This document shows, piece after piece, positions 1 through 8,428 of a DNA stretch of 64,000 nt (positions are counted from its first letter, which is position 1; each line of letters starts with the position of its first letter). A program made the position numbers and the translations under genes. The DNA comes from a virus, in the IMG/VR virus record IMGVR_UViG_3300009509_000014, positions 9,904 through 73,903 of that record; one strand, 5' to 3'. A model generated the notes under the pieces. The model saw only the letters and a program-made list of their open reading frames with translations. It was not told where the DNA came from and searched no databases.

Positions 1-275
1 TTTTCGGTAACAATGTCGGCATAATTAACAGCGGTCCCAACCTCCTTTGCGAAAACCTCTGGCCGAGCGTCTTCTAGGAGCTTTAGACTTTGTATCACAA
101 GGTCAAGATATACCACTGCACTGCATGTTGCAATAATCCCTTTAGACGCAGGGTTCTTTACAAGGACTCCCTTCGTGGGGGCAAACACTGTGGATTTGTC
201 ACTTGAATACGAAAAGTAGGACGAAGGACTTATCCAACCTAGATCATACAGCAGTGGCTTCTGTGTCGTTTCCAT
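1..275 (-). CDS. Hypothetical protein, runs off the window edge (METTQKPLLYDLGW...); next gene of the Ubl operon
   Basis: Manual translation gives a frame open from ATG 275 to base 1. GGAGGTG SD upstream; overlaps the stop of the protease gene. Not in the ORF track. Confidence 0.7.
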   Translation of the reverse strand, partial: METTQKPLLYDLGWISPSSYFSYSSDKSTVFAPTKGVLVKNPASKGIIATCSAVVYLDLVIQSLKLLEDARPEVFAKEVGTAVNYADIVTE

Positions 276-1848
276 CACCATCACCTCCAGTGTCTATTTC
301 TTCGGCTATTGCATTGTCGGCCCCATTGTCTTTTCCAGCCGCCTGTGTATCCGCAGGTTTCTTGCCGTCATTAAACTCCCTGATCTGTGTTATTAATCCC
401 TTTGGGTGAGTCTCTTCATTTTTAACGTATGTCAAAAGTTCCCGCCTTTGCACAAATAAACATTCGGGACACACATAATTATACCCCCCTCCCGCTTGAT
501 AGAAGTACAAGGGGACATTGTGCTTGGAACAGATAAAATACGTTGACTCTACGTGCAGCCTTGCATTGAACCCGCATGAGCTATCAATACATATTCCATT
601 GGCTAGAGCCGAGTAACACATTGGGCAAACTTCCGAAATGCCTGCCTGTACTTCTTCTTCAACCTCAAACCAATCGCAGGCCAAACAATATGCTGTTCCG
701 TCAAGCTCTACAACCATGCCTCCGCACTTCCCACAGGCGGTGGATCTCCTTACCGCAGTAGACGTACTTTTTGAACTTTGGACAGTGGTGGCCGGAGTAA
801 CTTCTTGCCTATGAACGGCGCTGGTCGCAGCATTCTTGGCCGTCCTTCTTGCATTGTCCCAGGCATTCAGCGTTTTACCTCCAACACGCGATGACCAGAT
901 AGAGAATTTCCTTTGGACAGAACTTGTTTCTTTCGACTCTCCTGGGAATGCCACTTTTGCGTTTGAGTATCTGTTAATAGACACCCCATTTACTTCATTG
1001 TATTCAGCTAGAGGTCCAAGCTGAAACGCAATCTTCCAGTTTTTAGGAACTGAGTCTCTTGGACCAATAAAGTCTGCATGGCCCACTCCACTTGTCGTTG
1101 AAGACCATTGACCCTTTACTGTAGTCCCACCAGATTTTTTCACCTGGGCAGAACTTGACATCATAACTACGCATGGGACCATTGGTGGTTCGTCAACAAA
1201 CTCAAACCGGAGAGTGTCACGAATCATCTTCGCTTCTGGACCGTTTGGATCAAAACCCATAGCGTCTATGAAGTCATCATTCGATGCGCCGTAAGTTTGC
1301 AGTGCCAGTGGATTTATTCCCAATGCTTGTGCAAATTCCTTTAGCTGATCTCCAAGAGTTGACATCTTTGGAACATAAACCTTGGTAATTCCCTTGCCCC
1401 AAGGGACTGCAAGCCCGTGAGCGACAGCCAGAACATTTGCCTTGTTAACTCCATCAGAGTTCACCCTTGGGTGCTGCTCAAACCAATACTTGTCTCCAGG
1501 GGTGAGTGTCCCAAGGCCAAGTGCCTCCAGGTACTTTTTCGTGGCGTCATATACACAACTATTCACATGATAATGATATGTTGTTGACGTAAACCCATCT
1601 CCCCCTGGATCGACCTTCCATACCGGAAGCTTCTTGTCTCCGGTTGTCATTTCTGGCTCTACGTTCCCAAGAAGGGATTCGGCGGCAAATTCACTAATTT
1701 CGTGCATTGTGCCATTATTGTCGATCAGGTAACCTCCTGGCTCTTTTTTGACCGTGCCAGCAGTTGCTTTGAAAAATTGTTTTGCCACAACCGGAACAAG
1801 TCCGGTTTGCCCCTTGCCATCACCTTTACTTGTCGGAATTAGGGACAT
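244..1848 (-). CDS. Putative papain/OTU-like cysteine protease (candidate Ubl-deconjugating enzyme) with three C-terminal zinc ribbons
   Basis: Cys motif HVNSCVYDA and downstream His motif SGVGHADF (H-x-D). C-terminal CGKC/CLAC, CPMC/CIDSSC, CSKH/CPEC pairs. Start moved to ATG 1848, which has an AGGAGG SD. Confidence 0.55.
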   Translation of the reverse strand: MSLIPTSKGDGKGQTGLVPVVAKQFFKATAGTVKKEPGGYLIDNNGTMHEISEFAAESLLGNVEPEMTTGDKKLPVWKVDPGGDGFTSTTYHYHVNSCVYDATKKYLEALGLGTLTPGDKYWFEQHPRVNSDGVNKANVLAVAHGLAVPWGKGITKVYVPKMSTLGDQLKEFAQALGINPLALQTYGASNDDFIDAMGFDPNGPEAKMIRDTLRFEFVDEPPMVPCVVMMSSSAQVKKSGGTTVKGQWSSTTSGVGHADFIGPRDSVPKNWKIAFQLGPLAEYNEVNGVSINRYSNAKVAFPGESKETSSVQRKFSIWSSRVGGKTLNAWDNARRTAKNAATSAVHRQEVTPATTVQSSKSTSTAVRRSTACGKCGGMVVELDGTAYCLACDWFEVEEEVQAGISEVCPMCYSALANGICIDSSCGFNARLHVESTYFICSKHNVPLYFYQAGGGYNYVCPECLFVQRRELLTYVKNEETHPKGLITQIREFNDGKKPADTQAAGKDNGADNAIAEEIDTGGDGDGNDTEATAV

Positions 1849-2566
1849 CAGAAACCTCCTTCTGGCCACTTGTTCCTGTTATGCACCGTGCCGTTGTATT
1901 GATTCTGCCGTCGCCAATACCAACTACCCAATTCACCATGTCTCCGTTCTCGGCAACCCTTCCGCGATCTTGATAGACGATTCCGACAGGATCGTGACCA
2001 CTGATATAGATGAAGATTGATATTGCAGCACATTCTGTCACCAAGGCAGAAAACACCCGCGTTGCAACAAGCGCACAGGCAGGTTCCTTTTCCTCAGACA
2101 CCTTGTAGTCCTTCGCGATTCCTGTAAATGGCATGGTTACAACGTCTCCGTGCGACCACGACACAACCCCTCCAACCTGTGATAGACCAAGGTCGATGTA
2201 TGGAATGCCATATTCTTGCGACGCCTGTAGGAGTAGCTGCCTTGATGGAACATTGTCAAGCGCACCAACAATCAGCGTATGACCCTTCACGATCCACAGG
2301 TTCTTCTCTGTGATTCTCACTCTCTGGACCTTGACATTAAGACCAGCGGCTTCATAGACAGGCGCAAGGATGTCAGCCTTGTTCTTGCCGATGCTCGCGG
2401 GAACTCCGAGATTCCCTGGCGAGTTCCGTTTCTCAACCTTGTCAAAGTCAACAAGGGTTACTCCAAACGGAACATCGAGAGAGGTCGAGAAAGCGCATAG
2501 AGGGCTAGCGATCATGGAGCCTAACAATCCAGCGCCTACTATCAAAATGTTGTTCCCATTTACCAT
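1826..2566 (-). CDS. ThiF/MoeB/E1-family adenylyltransferase
   Basis: ILIVGAGLLGS nucleotide-binding loop, LVDFDKVEKRN, GKNKA, GALDNVPSR, IPYIDLG, and candidate catalytic Cys in EPAC. Confidence 0.92.
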   Translation of the reverse strand: MVNGNNILIVGAGLLGSMIASPLCAFSTSLDVPFGVTLVDFDKVEKRNSPGNLGVPASIGKNKADILAPVYEAAGLNVKVQRVRITEKNLWIVKGHTLIVGALDNVPSRQLLLQASQEYGIPYIDLGLSQVGGVVSWSHGDVVTMPFTGIAKDYKVSEEKEPACALVATRVFSALVTECAAISIFIYISGHDPVGIVYQDRGRVAENGDMVNWVVGIGDGRINTTARCITGTSGQKEVSDVPNSDK

Positions 2567-2567
2567 A

Positions 2568-3758
2568 TCATCCTCCTATCGTAATTGGCGGGTATAGTTG
2601 GCCAATCTGTTTAGACTTCGACCCAGGACTGACGCCATGAACCAGTGCGTACATTTGCTTCTTGTGGAGCGACACACCCATCGTCTGATATTTTGGAGAT
2701 TCGCAAGTGCATCCATAGACCGAATATGGGCAGTACGGATCGCCACATTCGCATACATTTTGAACGGACTTTCCACATTTCACGCACATATTTTTCCCCG
2801 CTATGTCGTATGTAGAATTTGTACTACTGCACTTTGCGACAGGACACTTCCCGTATGGCTCATTTAGCATCATACCACACTTCGCACAGTACAGGCCAAT
2901 CATCCCATACGGAGTTACTCCGGAAATAGCATTGGCCATAGCTGTTAGAATTGGTACGGATGCAAGCGGGTTAGAACTTTTCTTTTCTGGCTTGAATATC
3001 TGTCCAAAATCTCCAAAAACGTCTTTGCCTTGCCGCTTTAGCCAGAACAGCCTCAGTGAAGTCGTTGCCCATGTTCCTACAGTTTGGCCTTGTGTCATGG
3101 ATGCAATTCGGATATCCTTGTTATTGTACGAACCGTACCCTTCGCGCTGGCACCAATACGAACAGACAAATCCAGTTGGATAAGGGAATTCCTTTGGAAT
3201 CTTCCGATATCTTGTATGGAAGCCATCCCACATTGGCTTCGTTAGCCAGTGAACAACATTATACCCTGGGTATAATGGATCAAGTCCCTTGATATCGAAT
3301 ACGGTTGCAACCACAAGCCCCTTGTAGACAAGTGGCTTTCTGAACATTGCGCCGATGGCGTCTGCAGTGTTTTCCATACGACCGTCAGACAGGTAATAAA
3401 TGTACCGAATTGAGTTACCCCTGATAGTAACGGCGTTGCCGAAATAGCGTTGCAGATCTCGCAGGACCATTCGCCGCTCAGCCGATTCGTCCCAAAATTC
3501 CTGTGGCTTGATCACTGGTTTCACCCAGGTATTGTCGTGGTTAACATGGCCAGTTCTAGACCTCATTTCCCTCATAATTCTTAACTGGAGATCTTTATCA
3601 TACGTCACAAACTTTTGCGAAGCATCGCCAGTATTAGGGTCGTATACATGAAGCCTTAGTCCATGACGCCCCCCAAAAACGGTTACGTTATCAAGCACCT
3701 TGTTTTTCTCTGTATCGTAAAGCCTTGTTGTTGGCCCATCATTCAATGTGACAAGCAT
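2568..3758 (-). CDS. Putative E2 (UBC-fold) conjugating enzyme with C-terminal Cys-rich zinc-binding region
   Basis: LDPLYP..VVHWLTKP...FH...TGFVCS parallels the E2 pattern PxxYP..P.v.F.T..fHPN...G.iCl. Eleven Cys in the C-terminal ~65 aa. AGGAGGTAAG SD. Confidence 0.55.
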   Translation of the reverse strand: MLVTLNDGPTTRLYDTEKNKVLDNVTVFGGRHGLRLHVYDPNTGDASQKFVTYDKDLQLRIMREMRSRTGHVNHDNTWVKPVIKPQEFWDESAERRMVLRDLQRYFGNAVTIRGNSIRYIYYLSDGRMENTADAIGAMFRKPLVYKGLVVATVFDIKGLDPLYPGYNVVHWLTKPMWDGFHTRYRKIPKEFPYPTGFVCSYWCQREGYGSYNNKDIRIASMTQGQTVGTWATTSLRLFWLKRQGKDVFGDFGQIFKPEKKSSNPLASVPILTAMANAISGVTPYGMIGLYCAKCGMMLNEPYGKCPVAKCSSTNSTYDIAGKNMCVKCGKSVQNVCECGDPYCPYSVYGCTCESPKYQTMGVSLHKKQMYALVHGVSPGSKSKQIGQLYPPITIGG

Positions 3759-3777
3759 ATCTTACCTCCTGGATAGA

Positions 3778-3813
3778 ATAAAAAAGGCCGAGAGTGGCAG
3801 TCCACTCTCGGCC
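3778..3813 (-). terminator. Intrinsic terminator after the Ubl gene
   Basis: Perfect 12-bp stem GGCCGAGAGTGG/CCACTCTCGGCC with a 4-nt loop, followed by TTTTTT on the minus strand. Confidence 0.85.
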
Positions 3814-3854
3814 CTTGTGCTGTGTGTTCTGCCGCAGGCTCAGGTCAACTGCGT

Positions 3855-4313
3855 CTAGCCAAACGGCGCAGCGGCCAGCACATGCCATTCCACCCCGTCG
3901 TTCGGGATCACCACCATCTGCGGAGTGAGGTCGCCAGCCGCGATGTAGAAGTGGTCTGTCCCAGGGTCCTGATCGCTGATCACGAAGCTGTGTTCCTTCA
4001 CCAAGTAGTTGCAGGTCGCGTCCACGATCCGCTGAGGGAGCGGCTTCGAGCTTGATGCCAGAAGATCGGCGGTGAGCTTCCCCATCGCTGCCTGCAGCTT
4101 CGCCGCGTTACCAGCCGCGCCGAGAGCTTTCAGTTCGTCAAAGTTTGGCGGAGCAACGTCTGCGACCTTCTCGCCATACTTGTCCAGGAACTCTGCCAAC
4201 CCGCCGCGATAGTCAACCTGCCGTGTTGCGCGGCCTCCAGCACTCGTTGTCTTCGCGCCCGAAATAATAACCGAAATCTGATCGGACGCTCCTACTGTCA
4301 ATTCTTTTGCCAT
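3855..4313 (-). CDS. Putative ubiquitin-like beta-grasp protein (MoaD/ThiS/CysO/SAMP-like) with an internal helical insertion and C-terminal Gly
   Basis: N-terminal ISVIISGAKTTSAGGRATRQVDYRGGLAEFLD and C-terminal PNDGVEWHVLAAAPFG* resemble the two ends of CysO/MoaD (e.g. DGDSVTILPAVAGG). Same operon as E1. GGGAGGT SD. Confidence 0.65.
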   Translation of the reverse strand: MAKELTVGASDQISVIISGAKTTSAGGRATRQVDYRGGLAEFLDKYGEKVADVAPPNFDELKALGAAGNAAKLQAAMGKLTADLLASSSKPLPQRIVDATCNYLVKEHSFVISDQDPGTDHFYIAAGDLTPQMVVIPNDGVEWHVLAAAPFG

Positions 4314-4384
4314 GTTGTACCTCCCGTATACAGGAATTTTTGACGGGCCGAATCACAAAATGTCTGTGACCCGCCCGACTGTAT

Positions 4385-4413
4385 ATTATACTGGAATTGT
4401 CTAACTTTGTTGA
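4385..4413 (-). promoter_or_regulatory. Conserved phage promoter, copy 1 (drives Ubl)
   Basis: TCAACA-AAGTTAGACAATTCCAG(17)-TATAAT. Confidence 0.8.
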
Positions 4414-4940
4414 GAATTACTGCGGATCACCTTGTAAAAGATTGGATGATCTTTTCCAACATACCACCTGTAAGTACTCCCCAATTTGCCATAATCCATT
4501 ATATATTCTGGATAAGACTCTGTAAGTCTTTTATAGGAAATTGTGCCTTCTGTGGTGTTGATCCTTTTACATAATTCCCACGGTACAAGGTAAGCTTCCG
4601 CACTCATACGCCCCATTATTTTTTGTCTATTCCAGTCTAATTTCATACTTGGCATGTCAAGAAATCCTATAGCTACCCATGAAGACATTGGAGCTAGATT
4701 TTCTACAAAATCTAATGCGCGAATTTGATGATCTCTAAATACAGACATTGGCATTGTCCATCCAGAAGCCTTTTTAGCTTCTATGGCGACAAACCTGAGA
4801 ATTTTCCCGCCATTTACAGTAAGCGGAATTCCAACCACGTAGTCGAATGGCTTTAGCGATCTCCCGCAGTCTGGTATTTTTATAGAGAACCCAAGTTTCC
4901 TGAAAGCTAGCTTGCGTTCAAACTTGCTCTTAACGCTCAC
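4401..4940 (-). CDS. RecU-like Holliday junction resolvase (PD-(D/E)XK)
   Basis: KPFDY...AIEAKK...FRDHQIRAL pattern of the RecU family. Confidence 0.75.
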   Translation of the reverse strand: MSVKSKFERKLAFRKLGFSIKIPDCGRSLKPFDYVVGIPLTVNGGKILRFVAIEAKKASGWTMPMSVFRDHQIRALDFVENLAPMSSWVAIGFLDMPSMKLDWNRQKIMGRMSAEAYLVPWELCKRINTTEGTISYKRLTESYPEYIMDYGKLGSTYRWYVGKDHPIFYKVIRSNSQQS

Positions 4941-5431
4941 ACTATAATACGACCTTTCTTATCGACGGAATATACAAGAGCGCCATCCTGTCTGCCACCG
5001 CCGCTAAAAAACACCACTATAGACGGAAATGGTGCTTGATCTTTCTCGCCAACAAATCTTAACCTTCCCTTTATTATAAGTATTGCGAAAGCATGTTTCA
5101 ATATTATGTCATGAAACCATCTGGTATCTGTTCTGGCAGGAAGAAGCATACAAACAAACGATCCATGTTTCACAGATTCGTGATACCCCTTCTTTACCCA
5201 TTTAGGAGTAATGTACTTCCCATACGGAGGATTAACCCATACGGTTCCTTTCCAGTCTTGGGAAAGTGCATCGTCCTCTTTTGTGTAAAACACTTCACAC
5301 TTTGCGTTCTTTGGTGTTGCTGCCGCATCTAGTGTAAAATGGAACATTTCGTTAAATGTGTCAAAAAGGTCTTGTGGAGTTTCGTACTCATCTTTTTTGG
5401 AGGACATCATAGCCCCCTTCATGTCAACCAC
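4937..5431 (-). CDS. Phage DNA N6-adenine methyltransferase (Dam/T1-like)
   Basis: DEYETP, FTLDAAA, VWVNPPYG, LLPARTDTRWFH, GRLRF, APFPS. Confidence 0.92.
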   Translation of the reverse strand: MVDMKGAMMSSKKDEYETPQDLFDTFNEMFHFTLDAAATPKNAKCEVFYTKEDDALSQDWKGTVWVNPPYGKYITPKWVKKGYHESVKHGSFVCMLLPARTDTRWFHDIILKHAFAILIIKGRLRFVGEKDQAPFPSIVVFFSGGGRQDGALVYSVDKKGRIIV

Positions 5432-5439
5432 TCTGTCTC

Positions 5440-6540
5440 CTAGCCAGCGAAATACATTGGCATAATGCCATACTTATAATTATCAGAGTCGCTTAAAACA
5501 ATTAGTGCAGTTGGTGCATTTACGCTGAATGTAATTATGTCACTTTTTAGTTTTATCAATGCGTCTTTTAGGTATTTGATTGACGCCCCGAACCTTTTTG
5601 GAGGCCCATTAAATTGAAGACAATCAAGGTCACTTGTATGCTTGCCAGAACTTGACGATGCAGAAATCTCAACCTTACCATCATCGTTTACAGAAATCAC
5701 TACAAGGTTTTCAGAATCAAGGGCATCTGTTGTTGCTAAAGAGATAGCTTCGGCTAGCTCGTCGCGACTCACACTGAATGTTGTCTCAAACTCCGTTGGC
5801 ATAAGCGACTTGTAATCAGGGAAGCTGTGATTGATAACAAGTGTTGCGATCACTCCGTCTTGCCAGCTAACTATAAATTTCCCGCCAACCCTATACACGT
5901 AAATCTCTTCAAGCCCGTCAATGGCCTTTGCAATCTTGGCAAGGGAAACTGCTGGAACAAGAGTCTCTTCTTCTACAAGCTTTTCAGTGTTGTATATTGA
6001 TAACCTAGCTCCGTCAGCAGACACAACATCTGTGCCATTCATGAAGATTCCCTCTAGGGCAGGGAATGGGCTTTTAGGATCGGCAGCGGCCATAGTCATT
6101 CTAATGGCTGTTACAAGTTCTTTCCCGTCTATCTTTTTTGCTACCTTGTCGGAGTCAACCATAAATGATCTGTCCAACGTGGGGAATAGGATTGTATCAA
6201 CTGTCGCAAGTTTAGAAGTATGGTTACCTGACTTGATTGTTACAAAATTCCCAAATGTCATAGACAGTTCCCCTGACGCCTTCGCTAGTATCTGCAATTT
6301 AGGGAGTAGTCTGTCTGCAGGAATGCAGACATTAAAGCTTCCTTCTACCCCACTGGCGTCAATGTACATGGAAATGTCCGTTGTTCCACTGTCTATCGCC
6401 GACAGTTCTAAAACACCTTCTTTAAGAGAGAATTTTATACACTGAAGGGCTTGTACAGGGCTTTTCCTAGTAACCCACATAGAAACCTTGGATACAACGT
6501 CAAGAATCTTCTCCGTCTGGAACGTCATCTTTATTGCCAC
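5440..6540 (-). CDS. dnaN: DNA polymerase III beta sliding clamp
   Basis: 366 aa; SADGARLS, FPDYKSLMP, KYLKDAL, C-terminal IMPM. Confidence 0.9.
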   Translation of the reverse strand: MAIKMTFQTEKILDVVSKVSMWVTRKSPVQALQCIKFSLKEGVLELSAIDSGTTDISMYIDASGVEGSFNVCIPADRLLPKLQILAKASGELSMTFGNFVTIKSGNHTSKLATVDTILFPTLDRSFMVDSDKVAKKIDGKELVTAIRMTMAAADPKSPFPALEGIFMNGTDVVSADGARLSIYNTEKLVEEETLVPAVSLAKIAKAIDGLEEIYVYRVGGKFIVSWQDGVIATLVINHSFPDYKSLMPTEFETTFSVSRDELAEAISLATTDALDSENLVVISVNDDGKVEISASSSSGKHTSDLDCLQFNGPPKRFGASIKYLKDALIKLKSDIITFSVNAPTALIVLSDSDNYKYGIMPMYFAG

Positions 6541-7513
6541 TTGTCAGTATTCCTTTCGCCTTATCATACATGGCCGAAAGCACTTCGTCTTTACTTATGT
6601 ATTCATATAGATTTGTGCGACCATGAAACTTCTCCCCGTCTACCTCAAACCACGAACCACTTTGACTTATCAGCCCAAGTGAAATTCCAGCGTCGATAAC
6701 GCTTTCTACCTTGTCAAAGCCAACACCAAAGTTCAATCGCAGATCGGCACTCCTGAATGGAGTAGCTAGGGAGTTTTTCTTTATTGTAACCCTTACAATT
6801 TGTCCGGTTGGATCTCCGCCAGATGTTGTTAATGTTTTTATCCTTCTCATGTCTATACGGAGTGATGCGTTATGCCGAAGCGCCCAACCTCCAGGTTGTG
6901 TTTGTTGTGGCCCCATAGCCAAACTCCCCATGCCGCCAATCTTTGAGCGTATTTGGTTCACAAAAATAACAGTTGCGTCATTTGCCTTCATAGAGTGAAC
7001 CATTTGTCTTAGGTTTTGCGACAAGATTCTAGCTAGTAGTCCAACAAATTGATCTCCGGTAACACCCTCCCATTCTGCCTTTGGGACAAGGGACGGAACG
7101 CTATCTATTACAACTAGCCTCACTCCGCCTTTTATTAGTGCGTGGCAGACATTTAGTGCGGCTTCCCCATACGGCGGTTGTGTAAAATACATTCTGTCAA
7201 GATCGACCCCAAGCGTTTCCGCCCATACAGGATCGATACGATGTTCCATATCAATGTACGCAGTCTCCAATCCGTGACGCTGAGCCTGCGCTATAAGCTG
7301 CAAGCATAGCGTTGTTTTCCCGACACCTTCCGGTGAGTAAACTTCTACAAAATACCCAAGCGGAATTCCACCAATTCCTATTGCAAGGTCTAGTTGCAGT
7401 AGGCCAGTGGGGATATAAGGCACTTGGGCGACTTCATTATCACCCAAATGCCCTATAAAGATGTCGTATTTCTTGGCAAGTTCGCTTGCCACGGCATCTA
7501 TCCCTTTTGCCAT
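6500..7513 (-). CDS. recA: RecA recombinase
   Basis: IPTG..LDLAIGIGGIP, SPEGVGKTTL, VVIDSV, IFVNQIR.KIG, PGGWAL. Confidence 0.97.
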   Translation of the reverse strand: MAKGIDAVASELAKKYDIFIGHLGDNEVAQVPYIPTGLLQLDLAIGIGGIPLGYFVEVYSPEGVGKTTLCLQLIAQAQRHGLETAYIDMEHRIDPVWAETLGVDLDRMYFTQPPYGEAALNVCHALIKGGVRLVVIDSVPSLVPKAEWEGVTGDQFVGLLARILSQNLRQMVHSMKANDATVIFVNQIRSKIGGMGSLAMGPQQTQPGGWALRHNASLRIDMRRIKTLTTSGGDPTGQIVRVTIKKNSLATPFRSADLRLNFGVGFDKVESVIDAGISLGLISQSGSWFEVDGEKFHGRTNLYEYISKDEVLSAMYDKAKGILTSGNKDDVPDGEDS

Positions 7514-7524
7514 TTACCTATCCT

Positions 7525-7911
7525 TTACAGAGGAAAATCGTCGTCTTCAAAAACATCCGTGCTTGAACTTACAAGACTTTCATCCACTGATGATTCAGAA
7601 CTGCTACCTTTTGGATCAAGGAAGATAACGCTATTAGCAATAATCTTTAGAGTTGTTCTGCGCTTCCCATCATCGCCAACCCAGTCATCCTGATCGATGC
7701 GTCCGGTAACAGCGACGCGAGAACCTTTCTTTGTGTACTTGTTTACTAATTCTGCCAACTTGCCCCAAACAGAAACGTCAAACCACAATGTCTTCTCTGG
7801 TGCAACTTGTACAGCAAATCGAAAAGACGTTACCGCACTTTCATTAGACAGAAACTTCATTGACGGATCGACTCCCAACCGTCCGGTAAAACTAACTGCA
7901 TTTAAGTCCAT
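7525..7911 (-). CDS. ssb: Single-stranded DNA-binding protein
   Basis: GRLGVDP, WF.V..WGKLAE, KG..V.V.GR, acidic tail EDDDFPL. Confidence 0.95.
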   Translation of the reverse strand: MDLNAVSFTGRLGVDPSMKFLSNESAVTSFRFAVQVAPEKTLWFDVSVWGKLAELVNKYTKKGSRVAVTGRIDQDDWVGDDGKRRTTLKIIANSVIFLDPKGSSSESSVDESLVSSSTDVFEDDDFPL

Positions 7912-8141
7912 TCTATGTCTCCATTTATAATTGTTAATCTTAAATCTATCATATCTATTGAAGCCTTTGAGTAGAACAATGGCGACTGCCCTGCTGGCTT
8001 CTCGGCACGACAGTTGCTATAATACTTACATGGAATTATACTATTATATCTTCTGCATGTCAAACATGACTTTGCTGAGATTGCTTCCGCTATGCTGCTG
8101 TAGGCCACAATTGGCCTGCCATTTAGATATCCAAGGCGCAT
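7902..8141 (-). CDS. Hypothetical Cys-containing protein
   Basis: Overlaps both neighbours in the operon; CxxC..C...C. Confidence 0.6.
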   Translation of the reverse strand: MRLGYLNGRPIVAYSSIAEAISAKSCLTCRRYNSIIPCKYYSNCRAEKPAGQSPLFYSKASIDMIDLRLTIINGDIEWT

Positions 8142-8428
8142 TTTGCCTCTCCGTCGTATTCATATCCATACATTTTTTGTAATTTTGAAAGCAGTTCTTT
8201 CCGGCCAGCATCGTTATGTACTTCCCCGTGGCACTTTCTGCACAGGCATACCCTATTTTTGATTGCGAATAGCTCTAACCGTCGCAGTGGCCCAAAGTGA
8301 GACTTAGGAATTATCTCATGAACGTCATCCGCGAGTCTACTGCACCGAACGCACCGGACTTTACCTTCAAGGTCGGTGTCTCTTGCTATTACCAGATAAT
8401 AAGTCGCTGCATCTTCTGGCTCTCTCAC
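8123..8428 (-). CDS. HNH endonuclease
   Basis: CVRC...DVHEI...N...LCRKCH..VH. Confidence 0.85.
   Translation of the reverse strand: MREPEDAATYYLVIARDTDLEGKVRCVRCSRLADDVHEIIPKSHFGPLRRLELFAIKNRVCLCRKCHGEVHNDAGRKELLSKLQKMYGYEYDGEAKCALDI

Noticed and set aside
1826-2566. ThiF as a thiamine or molybdopterin auxiliary metabolic gene
   Set aside because: No thiG, moaE, sulfurtransferase or rhodanese in view; the neighbours look like E2 and protease. Disfavoured rather than disproven.
2568-2580. The E2-like protein ends in GG like a ubiquitin
   Set aside because: The GGA GGA codons are the SD of the E1 gene (ATAGGAGGATGATATG), which explains the di-Gly.
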